DNA of 64,000 nt from the IMG/VR virus record IMGVR_UViG_3300006155_000002. One strand, 5' to 3'. The position numbers were made by a program, and so were the translations under genes. The first letter of the stretch is position 1. The number at the start of each line of letters is the position of its first letter. Below, piece by piece: positions 38,161 to 47,654 of this stretch. The notes beneath the pieces were generated by a model. It was not told the DNA's origin, ran no database searches, and saw only the letters and a program-made list of their open reading frames with translations. The stretch is from a virus. Taxonomy: Duplodnaviria > Caudoviricetes.

Positions 38161-38763
38161 TTAGTGTTCATCAAAAACGACCTGTTCGCCACTTTGAAGC
38201 GTCCAGCATCCATCATCGGTGCAGGCACATTCAGAACAGTTACCACCGCAATTCTTAGCATCTACTCGTGCGGTAGTGGAACCGTCTCGATATCTGACAT
38301 GAGCCTCTGGAAGCAGAAACGGGTTCTGCATCTCCAATCCAGTCCATGCGCTTAAGATCATATGTAAATTCTCCGGGATGCTTCCGCCCCTGGAGAGATA
38401 ATCATTCACCAGCTCATATTTCTTTGTGAAGCAAAGAATCTGGCAATGCTTGTTTCGCTGTGCGACGCTAATCATGCGGATCAGGTAGGAACTATCTGGA
38501 ATGTCTCCAGAAACATGAAATCTAAAAAATCGAGACAGCATAATTGCCGCCTCGACTTCTCTCCAATATGTATCCGGATCATCCCGAAGGACATCCAGGT
38601 TTCTTTGATACGACGCGGCCACATTTGGCCGAAGCCTTTCCAACTTTCTTGCGTAGCATTTCTGTTGACATGAACACACTCGACACGTCACAACGGACGG
38701 AAGTGATACGCTTGAAATCTTACCCATCTTTTTGTTTGCGCTACTGATACTTACCTCGCTCAT
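38161..38763 (-). CDS. GP88-like (radical-SAM-like Fe-S) phage protein
   Basis: NKKMG..SVSLP..TC..C..C..KCYA; FRFHVSGD; FTK; CGGNCSEC; AAAGGAG SD. Confidence 0.8.
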   Translation of the reverse strand: MSEVSISSANKKMGKISSVSLPSVVTCRVCSCQQKCYARKLERLRPNVAASYQRNLDVLRDDPDTYWREVEAAIMLSRFFRFHVSGDIPDSSYLIRMISVAQRNKHCQILCFTKKYELVNDYLSRGGSIPENLHMILSAWTGLEMQNPFLLPEAHVRYRDGSTTARVDAKNCGGNCSECACTDDGCWTLQSGEQVVFDEH

Positions 38764-39529
38764 AGCAGATCTCCTTTCTTCGCATCTGCGTATCATTATC
38801 AAACCTCCGTTTAAGTTCAAATATTCCTTGCGGCTCATTCTTATAAAATCCCTTAAACGGTCTGCTAATTTGACGCTGCAAATCTTCAAGTCTACTCCAA
38901 TACTGTGGGAGATACCAATAAATGTTCTGCAGCTCCCTCAAGTTTTTGTTTGCACAACACCAACATGATACTCTGTCAAGAATGTCATACAGGTCTATCA
39001 TGCCAGACACCGTGACTGGAGATTTCTCACTCCAATTCCATCCTCTATGACGACAATAAGAAAGGCAGTCCGCTTCTGTCATATCCCATTCAACAAGTGG
39101 GAGCACTTTCCCTGCAGATTTTTCTTTCTCAAAACGATCTGGCTCATCTGTCGCAATTCCAACATAGTCCGTTACTTCATCTGATATAGATTTTTTGAAT
39201 TTTCGAATCGCGGCTGTCTTCGCCGTTGTTCCCCAGCGGCATCTCCCACCACACCATGCATAACCTTGATGACATGATCCGTCTTGTCGAGATTTTACTG
39301 GCCTCTCCAGCATTGAATACAGAAACGGTTCTGATGGATGCAGTTCAATAAAATTTATGCCAACCTGTGATAAGATTGGCTTCATCCGATCTCTGATACG
39401 ATAGATGGCGTCAAATTCCATTCCAGTATCATAAAACACCACTGCATCAAGAGGTTTCTTTTCTTCCATAATGCGCAGCAACATGGCTAAAGAATCTTTG
39501 CCGAAGCTGACGCTTGCGATATACTTCAT
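38741..39529 (-). CDS. PAPS-reductase-family (PP-loop) protein, paralogue 1
   Basis: SVSFGKDS, DTGMEF, WCGGRCRWGT, VGIA.DE, RVSCWCC. Confidence 0.88.
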   Translation of the reverse strand: MKYIASVSFGKDSLAMLLRIMEEKKPLDAVVFYDTGMEFDAIYRIRDRMKPILSQVGINFIELHPSEPFLYSMLERPVKSRQDGSCHQGYAWCGGRCRWGTTAKTAAIRKFKKSISDEVTDYVGIATDEPDRFEKEKSAGKVLPLVEWDMTEADCLSYCRHRGWNWSEKSPVTVSGMIDLYDILDRVSCWCCANKNLRELQNIYWYLPQYWSRLEDLQRQISRPFKGFYKNEPQGIFELKRRFDNDTQMRRKEICYERGKYQ

Positions 39530-39678
39530 ACCGACCACAACCATATCTGGTTGAGGTCAACTGCCTAATCCTCCCATGCTACTCATCCTATGATTTTTAC
39601 GCCGTAACAGGCAGCTTTACCATGTACTTATCAATTCTACATGAACCTGGTTTACCAGGATTGGTATTAGCTCCTTTC
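39530..39678 (-). ncRNA. Structured leader motif, copy 1
   Basis: GAAAGGAG-9nt-ATCCTGGTAAACCAGGTT-CATGTA..TACATG-GTAAA; same architecture at 47655-47820. Confidence 0.55.
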
Positions 39679-39695
39679 GTTGTTCTTCTTCATTG

Positions 39696-40148
39696 TCACA
39701 CACCAATTGCAACGGGAATCGTAGCCATTCCCTTATTCTTACATACAAGATAGGCTGTATATCCATCCCGGAGGATTCCATCATCATCCACACGAACTTT
39801 CGTTTTCACGCACCCAAATGTCTTCAGTTCCCGCCTACGTTTGGCGAGCTTACTTTCGCGTGGCTCAGACAATATCATTGAAATGGGGATTTGGATATTT
39901 GCAATGTTGATGTTTTTCACCACAGCAACGATATTCTTCAATGGAATTGTGACACCATGTTCTGCAATTGCATGACCAGCTTCTTCATCAGTCATGATCT
40001 GTGAAACAATCTTTCCGGGCATATTCCCTCGCCTCGTATCACAGATAACATCTGAACCATACTCAACATATGGCATGAGGCGATCAGGAACTCCGAAGCA
40101 ATATTTCTTTGTACTCTGCTCATTATGCTGTACGAGTACGACATTCAT
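39696..40148 (-). CDS. Hypothetical protein with ParB-like C-terminal motif
   Basis: VICDTRRG; VRVDDDGILRDGYTAYL. Confidence 0.6.
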   Translation of the reverse strand: MNVVLVQHNEQSTKKYCFGVPDRLMPYVEYGSDVICDTRRGNMPGKIVSQIMTDEEAGHAIAEHGVTIPLKNIVAVVKNINIANIQIPISMILSEPRESKLAKRRRELKTFGCVKTKVRVDDDGILRDGYTAYLVCKNKGMATIPVAIGV

Positions 40149-40437
40149 ATTTTGTTCCTCCCTCCAAAATCCTCATGAATGAATTCTCTTCGATGTCGAA
40201 CTCTGCTTCCTCTTCTATGAGACAAAGATCGCTCTCCCAGACTTTCCATCCGTGTCCATTTTCGCATTTTCCGCCGCAATCATGTCCATGAACATTCTTA
40301 TCCCATTCGACTCCAATGAATTTATTCCGCTCTATGAAGCAAATTGTTCCTTGATCGCCTTTGTGAATATTTCCATTTTCCTCTGGAGCATTTTTCGTCG
40401 CCTGAACACGATCTCCGATCCTAAACTTGCTTTCCAC
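40123..40437 (-). CDS. Hypothetical phage protein
   Basis: KFRIGDRV..VEWD..GHDCGG. Confidence 0.65.
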   Translation of the reverse strand: MESKFRIGDRVQATKNAPEENGNIHKGDQGTICFIERNKFIGVEWDKNVHGHDCGGKCENGHGWKVWESDLCLIEEEAEFDIEENSFMRILEGGTKYECRTRTA

Positions 40438-40439
40438 GC

Positions 40440-40802
40440 TTATTTACCTCCATATTTCTTTATTCTGAGCTTTAGCCCATATCGTTTTGCAAGGTCGATC
40501 ATATTCTTTGTTCCTCTACTCTTGCCATCCCAAAATGCAACAAGGGCATCTGCATTCCTTGCCATCTCTTCATTTCTAATGAATCCAGCAGCTTTTCCAT
40601 ATCGCTCCCAGTCAGCCGGATAATAATCTACAGCATATCCCTTTTCTTTGGCATACCTCTCACCAAGTGTATCTGCTCCGCGAGCCTTTCCGCATACGAT
40701 TCTTACGGTGTTTTGAGTGTTAGACAGAAGATGATCCATCGTACAGTACAACAAATCAAAGTCACTAAAATCTCGCCCTCCAGCAATAATTACTCGGAAC
40801 AT
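40440..40802 (-). CDS. SLOG-family protein (DUF2493/YspA-like)
   Basis: IIAGGRDF, GKARGAD, AAGFIRNEEM, FWDGKSRGT. Confidence 0.9.
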   Translation of the reverse strand: MFRVIIAGGRDFSDFDLLYCTMDHLLSNTQNTVRIVCGKARGADTLGERYAKEKGYAVDYYPADWERYGKAAGFIRNEEMARNADALVAFWDGKSRGTKNMIDLAKRYGLKLRIKKYGGK

Positions 40803-41262
40803 ATTTCACCGACCTTACGTTCAAGCTCTGCCCATGCTTCTTCGATAAGCGGCTTTCCGCAAACAAGGCAGTATCTGGCCACGGTACTTGTGCAGCCGTG
40901 CAGCGTAAATCCTCTAAGTGGTATACTCCCGAATTCTTTACACCACCAACATCCATTCCATTTACTGCGATCCATTTTTGTCACCACCTATCATCAAACT
41001 CTGGTTTTATTTAATAAGCTGTTTATAGATTGCCTCTGCATCTTTTCCTAAGATAGCATTGATGATTTTAATGTCACCGCCCATATCCTTTCGACTTACA
41101 ACAAGAGCAGACAAGTCATCATCATTTTCATCCTGTTCAAATGCAACGATCAATACATCAGAAGTTTGCATAATTACCTCCTGTCTAATGCGCCTTTCTC
41201 ATTCCTCCGCAGAGAGCGAGCTTTCAGAGACCATCCGCAGATTCCGTGGGCATAGTTACATA

Positions 41263-42114
41263 TCACATAGAAGTTTGTGTGCTATAGAAGTTGATGTCGC
41301 CGCCGGTCTTCTTGTCGATTCCATTGCCAGCGACATGGAGACTATAGTCCTCCCACTTATCTCCGGCCTTGTGATACTCCGTCGTATCCTCAAAGACGCC
41401 CTCGTGATGTTCGATGACAAACTGTACAGTACCCTTGAAATTTGGGATCAGTGTTGTCGTCCAAGTACGCTCTTTGTGGTAGTCAAAGTCAGGATTATAC
41501 TTAAGAACTTCGCCCAAAAGGAAAACAGAAACGAGTCCTGCGTCTGCGCAGAACTCGCCAAGCACTTCATCGGTATCTGTGTCGTAAACTGTGCAACCCC
41601 AATCTCCATATAATGTATCACTGGTCATATAGTGTTGAATACCGAGAGTTTCCATGTGTGAACCATAATCACAAGCACACCAATCATCGTCGGTGATAGG
41701 GGTAGTGCCATGATGCTTCTCCCTGATGATATAACATGGGTCGGTGATGATAATGTCTCCATCGAACTCCATCGGCTCTGAATCGAGGTATTTGTCCAAT
41801 CCGCCATTTACTTTGTAAAGGATGGAATTATATGCGTCTGTATCAAGACCACGTATAAAGTCTTCCATTTCCATAAACCAGCCTGAAAACGCCTCATCAT
41901 CATCATGATTATTAAAGATTTTAAGAATGGCGGCAGGCTCAAACAAGTTATACGACTCTTTACCGCATTCGCAATCCATAATAGCAATTACATCTTGCTT
42001 GTCTTTTTCTGATAAAAGCGAAGAACTGTTGATGGTCTCAACAATCTCAGTTCGCTTTTTCTCTGCCTCATTCAAGAGTTCTTCTTTTTTGCTTTCAATC
42101 CACTGTTTGTTCAT
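41263..42114 (-). CDS. Hypothetical protein
   Basis: IITDPCY, TLYGDW, FCADAG motifs of a phage family. Confidence 0.7.
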   Translation of the reverse strand: MNKQWIESKKEELLNEAEKKRTEIVETINSSSLLSEKDKQDVIAIMDCECGKESYNLFEPAAILKIFNNHDDDEAFSGWFMEMEDFIRGLDTDAYNSILYKVNGGLDKYLDSEPMEFDGDIIITDPCYIIREKHHGTTPITDDDWCACDYGSHMETLGIQHYMTSDTLYGDWGCTVYDTDTDEVLGEFCADAGLVSVFLLGEVLKYNPDFDYHKERTWTTTLIPNFKGTVQFVIEHHEGVFEDTTEYHKAGDKWEDYSLHVAGNGIDKKTGGDINFYSTQTSM

Positions 42115-42137
42115 ATTATCCCGCCTCTCACTCTTAG

Positions 42138-42989
42138 TTAAAATCCATTCCAAATTTCCTGGTTGTGATACATAAAGCACTCTGCATCACAACAATCGCA
42201 ATCAGTCAACTCTGTTAATCTTTTCCTGCTTCTGGATATAAACAAATCAGAATCCATAGGAGGCTTTGGATTGTTATCTCTCAACAGTTCATCGACTTCA
42301 ATAAGTTGTTGATATGCTTCTGGCTCATTCTCTTTCAAATACTTGAAAAAGTAATTCTTATGAAATGGACAGAACGCACAGGCCGACGCCTTCGTTTCTA
42401 ACCCCCATACATCTTTGATGTATGCAAAATTGTCGGCCCTGGTCAGTCCCATTTCAACCAGAGGAAATTTATTGACAAACATAGGGTTTGGGCTTTCCTT
42501 GCAGCGTCGAATCTCTTCCGCGCTGAACCCCATGTGCATCTCATGTGCTTTCTTGTCTTCTTCCCGAAGCCGCTGTCCTTTCTTATATCCAAGGGCAGTC
42601 CAGCGAACAAACTTTGATATCTGGTTCACCTTGTAATCAATGGTGCAATTTCTTGGCATCTTTGATTTATGTCCATCCTCTTTGAGCGTCCACCATGGTA
42701 TGCTTACAACACGCTTTCGGCCGAAGTCTCTCATTAAGTCTGTATACAATGGAGTATCAAGCTGCTTGTACCAGATACCTGCTTCATCACAGGCTTTATG
42801 AACAAATTCCGCTTGTCGTTTTACCCATGGAGGTTCAAATCCGAGGTCACAAAAAATCACCAGATCGTAAATAGGAACAAGCGGATGCGGGATGTTGTGC
42901 GTTCCGTTCTTTACTGCTCTGGCATTTTCGCAGCTCATAAGAGCAAGCGCCGTACTTTGCATACCGGCGCCAAAGGATAATATCTTCAA
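42138..42989 (-). CDS. PP-loop/PAPS-reductase-like protein, paralogue 2
   Basis: LSFGAGMQST, FCDLGFE, RNCTIDYK, GFSAEE..R, SACAFCPFH; TTG start. Confidence 0.8.
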   Translation of the reverse strand: MKILSFGAGMQSTALALMSCENARAVKNGTHNIPHPLVPIYDLVIFCDLGFEPPWVKRQAEFVHKACDEAGIWYKQLDTPLYTDLMRDFGRKRVVSIPWWTLKEDGHKSKMPRNCTIDYKVNQISKFVRWTALGYKKGQRLREEDKKAHEMHMGFSAEEIRRCKESPNPMFVNKFPLVEMGLTRADNFAYIKDVWGLETKASACAFCPFHKNYFFKYLKENEPEAYQQLIEVDELLRDNNPKPPMDSDLFISRSRKRLTELTDCDCCDAECFMYHNQEIWNGF

Positions 42990-43005
42990 AATTACACCAC
43001 CTTTG

Positions 43006-43036
43006 AATAAAAAAAGAGCAGGCACCGGCCTGCTCA
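43006..43036 (-). terminator. Intrinsic terminator just upstream of paralogue 2
   Basis: GAGCAGGC/GCCTGCTC + T7 on - strand. Confidence 0.75.
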
Positions 43037-43223
43037 ATTTTTATTCTTGTTCGTCCTTGATCTCATACCACCGATCAACCTGGCTGTCTACCCAATCGTT
43101 CATGGCTTCCTCGATCATCTCTGGTGTATCACCTTCATCAAAGTCCATTTCAACGGTACGCTGTTGGGCGAATATCTCCAAATAAAATTTGACTTTCATT
43201 TACTGATTTACTCCTTCGATAGT

Positions 43224-44000
43224 TTATCTCCAGTAACAATAGAGACAGCCATGTGGGCACTGTTTCTTATTTTTCAAAAGCTCTGTCTTTCCGGAGTAGC
43301 ACAGACAATTTGGCCTTTGATATCCGCAGCTATCTGAATCGTCAGTTTCCAGATTGAGCAGATTCAGATCGTAATTAGAGATACATCCGCACTGGATAAC
43401 ATTTTTGAGTCCAGGCTCTGCACAGCATTCAATACGGAGTTCATCTCCGAATATCTCACGATTTCCCAGGGAGTACCAATGATACCTTGCGTCCTTGAGC
43501 ATTTCATCTACCGCCGCAACCTGCTCTTTGTTTGGAGAGAATCCAAATTCTCCGTATGGGAGCGGAAGGTTTGACTGCTTGAACCGCTCTCTGACATGAG
43601 GGTACATATCAATGATGCTCACTCGGAATCTGGAGAATCCGACATCCATAAAACTCTTGATGACCCTGAGCGCCAAATCAATTCCCTTTTTGGTTGGAAT
43701 GATGGGATCAACACGAATGACTATCTTCTCCTTTGGAAATCCATTTTTCACAAGCGTCATAATCGCGTCAAATTCATCATATGTATCCGGCACTTCTGGT
43801 TCAAGAACAGAACCTCCATACCCAGTGAATGTCGCATGAACTATGAGCTTGTTCTTATTAGCGATAACAGCATCATGAAAATCTACCGATATACACTTTG
43901 TGATTACAACTGCCCCGTCAACTGTATCCAGCTTATTTATCCAAGACAGATCTTTGCCTGCGTCTCCAGCTTCTGTGACACCAATTTTATATTTTGCCAT
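43224..44000 (-). CDS. DUF1848-like radical-SAM-related protein
   Basis: TFTGYG..LEP.VP, RVDPIIP, CCAE, QRPNCLC, CPHGCLYCYW. Confidence 0.82.
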   Translation of the reverse strand: MAKYKIGVTEAGDAGKDLSWINKLDTVDGAVVITKCISVDFHDAVIANKNKLIVHATFTGYGGSVLEPEVPDTYDEFDAIMTLVKNGFPKEKIVIRVDPIIPTKKGIDLALRVIKSFMDVGFSRFRVSIIDMYPHVRERFKQSNLPLPYGEFGFSPNKEQVAAVDEMLKDARYHWYSLGNREIFGDELRIECCAEPGLKNVIQCGCISNYDLNLLNLETDDSDSCGYQRPNCLCYSGKTELLKNKKQCPHGCLYCYWR

Positions 44001-44223
44001 TGATTGCTCTCTCCATTCCAATTTCTATAAGCATCCGAATACCATCGCAAACCTGTTCATGACTGTATGGTTTATATGGAACGAATCCTCCGATTGCGTT
44101 GACTTTGTGAACTCTGTCTTCGTCATTCTGATAGACATGAACTAAGATGGTTTCGAGTTCCAGCAGAGCATCTGCATACTCATTGACAGATGAAAACTCT
44201 TTCCCATCCAAATACAACCGCAT
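43987..44223 (-). CDS. Hypothetical protein
   Basis: ORF in operon. Confidence 0.55.
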   Translation of the reverse strand: MRLYLDGKEFSSVNEYADALLELETILVHVYQNDEDRVHKVNAIGGFVPYKPYSHEQVCDGIRMLIEIGMERAINGKI

Positions 44224-44250
44224 TTATTTCACCACCAGTTCACTTTTCTG

Positions 44251-44279
44251 TTGACATCGATATACCCTTTTTGTATACT
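44251..44279 (+). promoter_or_regulatory. sigmaA promoter of a counter-oriented single-gene unit
   Basis: TTGACA-17-TATACT. Confidence 0.85.
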
Positions 44280-44309
44280 TTTCTTATCACATACAAAGGA
44301 GGGATATAC

Positions 44310-44516
44310 ATGGCTGCACGCACTGTTAAGTCCGTTGAGGAAAAGGTTGCGGCAATTGACCAAAAGATTGCGAAGAAGCAGGATGAAATCGCCGCCCTTG
44401 AAGCTCAAAAGCAGAAGCTCCTTCACCCGGTCAATATGAAGACCGTCATGGCCAAAGCGAAGGAGGCCGGACTGACGCCAGAGGAAATCGCTGAAAAACT
44501 CGGTATCGAGGTCTAA
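44310..44516 (+). CDS. Small coiled-coil/HTH-like protein (moron)
   Basis: AAAGGAGG SD; coiled coil then AKEAGLTPEEIAEKLG. Confidence 0.8.
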   Translation: MAARTVKSVEEKVAAIDQKIAKKQDEIAALEAQKQKLLHPVNMKTVMAKAKEAGLTPEEIAEKLGIEV

Positions 44517-44521
44517 CTATG

Positions 44522-44551
44522 GAGCCTGCCCACAATAGTGGGCGGGCTCTT
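44522..44551 (+). terminator. Terminator of the moron
   Basis: GAGCCTGCCCAC/GTGGGCGGGCTC stem. Confidence 0.75.
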
Positions 44552-44854
44552 AATAAATAATGTAATACTCTGTGTCATCCTGTCCCCAGCGAATGGTCTC
44601 CATATACCGTCCTTCGCTTACCAGCCACCCCGCTTGTCCCATAACAGCAGCTACATCAGCAGCATGAACACAGCGAGCTGTTCTCTCGTGATGCCACCCG
44701 GTTGGTGTTACCTTTCCTGTGAATGCGTTTTTCTTCATCCGCTTGAAAGCTGGAGAGGATGCCTCTACCGCCATTCCGAAGGTAGTACCATCAAACTCTT
44801 TCATGTGAAGCTCAATCATAGATTACTCCTCTTGCTTTTTATAAAAGCTAAGTT

Positions 44855-45214
44855 TTATTCAGTTTTACACCTTTGTTCTGCATAGGCGTTCTTATACCAA
44901 TCACGTTCCGCCGTCAAAATACGAACGTTGTCCTCGGCAGTTATAGCCCTTTTGACCATCTCATCGTACACATCTTTGAGAAGCAAGCAACACCTGTCAG
45001 AAAGCATTATCTCCGGTTTCCCTTCGAGAGACATCATTCTTGCTTTGGCAAGTAGGTCATCCAATCCACGAGCCTCTCTGCGGAAACGAGCACTTTCTTC
45101 CTCAAGATATTTGTACTCATCCTTGCTAATCCACATTTGCCTCACCTCATTGGCTCTCGTCAAAGAGTTTTGCTGTGTTAAGGAAAATGCGTTTGAGCTG
45201 GTCATCATATCCAA
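44855..45214 (-). CDS. Hypothetical protein
   Basis: ORF; likely starts at MWISK. Confidence 0.5.
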   Translation of the reverse strand: MDMMTSSNAFSLTQQNSLTRANEVRQMWISKDEYKYLEEESARFRREARGLDDLLAKARMMSLEGKPEIMLSDRCCLLLKDVYDEMVKRAITAEDNVRILTAERDWYKNAYAEQRCKTE

Positions 45215-45608
45215 ATCGCTGTGCGTTAATCTGGATACTTTTCAGGAGATTCCCGTCATTGTGGCGCTCAGTCGCTGCCTTCCAGTCGCAGAACATCTCA
45301 CACAGGTCAATAAGGTTCATACCCAGAATCCCATCATCAAAATGCTCCGGGTGATGTCTGGACTGAGCATAGTGATGGTCAAGCGCTGGTTTCATGGCAT
45401 CCATATGGGCCTGATACTCAGGCGTTGCGTACCCAGTTGTAGCGAGGGCATCTGTATGTTCTGCAAAAATCTCGACTTCTGGAGATTCTAATTTGCAGTG
45501 GTCGTGATTAACGCCCCTCGTTGTTAGCTTATCCGTAAACAAACGAATATAGTAACGAACACGCTCAATGTGTTTCTGAGTCTCAACTTGACACTCATGG
45601 ATTGTCAT
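45147..45608 (-). CDS. DUF5662-like HD-related protein
   Basis: HDHCKL, HHYAQSRHHPEH, EMFCDW. Confidence 0.8.
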   Translation of the reverse strand: MTIHECQVETQKHIERVRYYIRLFTDKLTTRGVNHDHCKLESPEVEIFAEHTDALATTGYATPEYQAHMDAMKPALDHHYAQSRHHPEHFDDGILGMNLIDLCEMFCDWKAATERHNDGNLLKSIQINAQRFGYDDQLKRIFLNTAKLFDESQ

Positions 45609-45638
45609 TATTCTACCTCCTCATATCAAAGTTCTGTT

Positions 45639-46641
45639 TTATTCCCTTGGACGTATACCAAGGTTTTTCATTCTATTGCGGAACTCAAGATATTTTCTGG
45701 TGTACTCATAACTTTCTCCAAAAATGTTTTGTGCTGCCAGTAACAGTTTCGGCTCAAACTCTTGTATTGAGTTGAGCTCTTCCTCAAACCGCTTTCCGAA
45801 TGGACAACCAAAGCACCCAGTACGGATTAAACCATACTGGGTGTAACATCTACTATGTGTAACTTCATAGTGCTTGCAGTATTCCTTTTTATCTTCGTCT
45901 CGGAGCCAGAATACTGGCCTAAAGTGGTTGATTCCTTCTCCTTCAGAAAAGCAATTTTTATATGTTGCGGCTCTAATTCCTCCCTCCGAACGTCTGACGC
46001 CAATACAAGACAAATCATAGTGCCCACCTTTGATAAATTTTTCAGACACCCTTTTCTTTGCGTATGTGCAACATTTATCTGAGATTTTGAATGTAGGAGG
46101 GTTTATAATCATGAAGTCTTTGAGGTAAGGTATTCGTTTAATTGCATACTGCGTTGTGTTACCAGTTATGACATTACACCACCACTCCAACGCCGTTTTG
46201 CATTTTGGGTATCTTTGAATCAGTACCTCAAATGGCTCGCACTCCCATTGAAAATTGTGTGATTGCAACCGGTGAATCATATCGGATGCAAATTTGCTCC
46301 AGAACGGGGCGCCATATTCTTTAACGCAGTTTGGGATTGGTTTGATGGCATTAACTCGATGTATCTCAATCTCGTATTTACGCTCAAGTGCCTCCAAATG
46401 TTCAAATGTGGCCGCATATTCCAAACCAGTATTGAAGAACACAAAAACTACCTTATCTTTTGCCCCGCATCGAAGCAACATATCAACCATTACATCACTG
46501 TCGCCCCCCCCCGCTGCAAGAGCACACAATGTGTTGGTGCTCTTGCACCACTTCAAAACACCTTATGAGGGCATCTCGAATCACAAAATTGTCTGGTGAG
46601 CTATCAATGATGTAATCTAAAGAGTTCTTTGACATACTCAT
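45639..46641 (-). pseudogene. PAPS-reductase-family protein, paralogue 3, frameshifted in a G9 tract
   Basis: ATG 46641 with GGAGG SD reads ...IVCSCSGGG-RQ-stop; removing one G gives CSCSGGGDSDVM...NTGLEY, CCTYAKK, GVRRSEG, RTGCFGCPF. Confidence 0.8.
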
Positions 46642-46643
46642 TT

Positions 46644-46865
46644 TTAGCCTCCAACAACTTTGGATATTTTAATCGTATCCGAGTTTACTTCTTCGGCACG
46701 ATATCCTTCCTGGTTTGCCCACTGCATAATGTCATTCATATTTTTGCGGTCGCTGTGCTCGACATCAAGACATACGGAGGATTTCCTCTCAATTACAAAT
46801 GCCTTTCGCATTACATTGATGAACTCTTCATGTGTCCAGTTGAACATTGAGTTCCAGTTAGTCAT
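46644..46865 (-). CDS. Small hypothetical protein
   Basis: GAGG SD. Confidence 0.55.
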   Translation of the reverse strand: MTNWNSMFNWTHEEFINVMRKAFVIERKSSVCLDVEHSDRKNMNDIMQWANQEGYRAEEVNSDTIKISKVVGG

Positions 46866-46889
46866 ACCCTCACTTCCTTCATAAAAATT

Positions 46890-47654
46890 CTATTTTATTG
46901 CAGCATAAAATTCTCTCGAGTTAATTTTGCGTCCTGTCGCAATCCATTCATCCTCAATAATAAAACGACGCTCCAATTCTTGGATGCTCTTTCCTGCACC
47001 CTTCATTGGAGCATCAATGTTTTCTTGTAAATATCGAAGCTTTTCCCAGTAGGCCGGTAACTGATGATAGATATTGCGAAGCTCCTTCAAATTTTTGTTC
47101 TTACAGCACCAACAGCTCACTCTATCCAGAATATCGTACAGTTCAATTTCTCCCTCATACCAGTAAAAACCTCTATCATGGCAATATTTTAGGCAGTCGG
47201 CCTCTGTAAACCCTGCTTCTGCTAATGGTGAACTCTTATGTTGTTCCATCTTTTCAAGACGTTTTGTCTCATCTATTGCAATTCCAACATATGTATGGTT
47301 GCTTTGGATATATTGGTTGAGAACATTCTGTTTGATAAACGTTCCCCAACGACACGGGCCGCCACACCAACCATCGCCAAAAGCAACGCGGCCATCTCGC
47401 TTTGTTTTTCTTCTAAACAGCATATCGTCCAGAAATGGACGAGGAGGTTTAAGCTCTGTATACTTGACTCCCGCCAGCCGAAGTTTTTCTTTGACAGTAT
47501 CCCTGATGTGGTAGATTGCTTGAAACTCCACACCAGTGTCATAGAAGACCACTTCGTCTAAAGGTTTGCCCGTTTCCAAGAGCAGTAGTAACATAGCCAA
47601 ACTATCCTTGCCAAAGCTCACACTTGCAAAATACCTTTCTTTCACATCAACCAC
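46890..47654 (-). CDS. PAPS-reductase-family protein, paralogue 4
   Basis: SVSFGKDS, DTGVEF, WCGGPCRWGT, RVSCWCC; clearly homologous to 38741-39529. Confidence 0.88.
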   Translation of the reverse strand: MVDVKERYFASVSFGKDSLAMLLLLLETGKPLDEVVFYDTGVEFQAIYHIRDTVKEKLRLAGVKYTELKPPRPFLDDMLFRRKTKRDGRVAFGDGWCGGPCRWGTFIKQNVLNQYIQSNHTYVGIAIDETKRLEKMEQHKSSPLAEAGFTEADCLKYCHDRGFYWYEGEIELYDILDRVSCWCCKNKNLKELRNIYHQLPAYWEKLRYLQENIDAPMKGAGKSIQELERRFIIEDEWIATGRKINSREFYAAIK

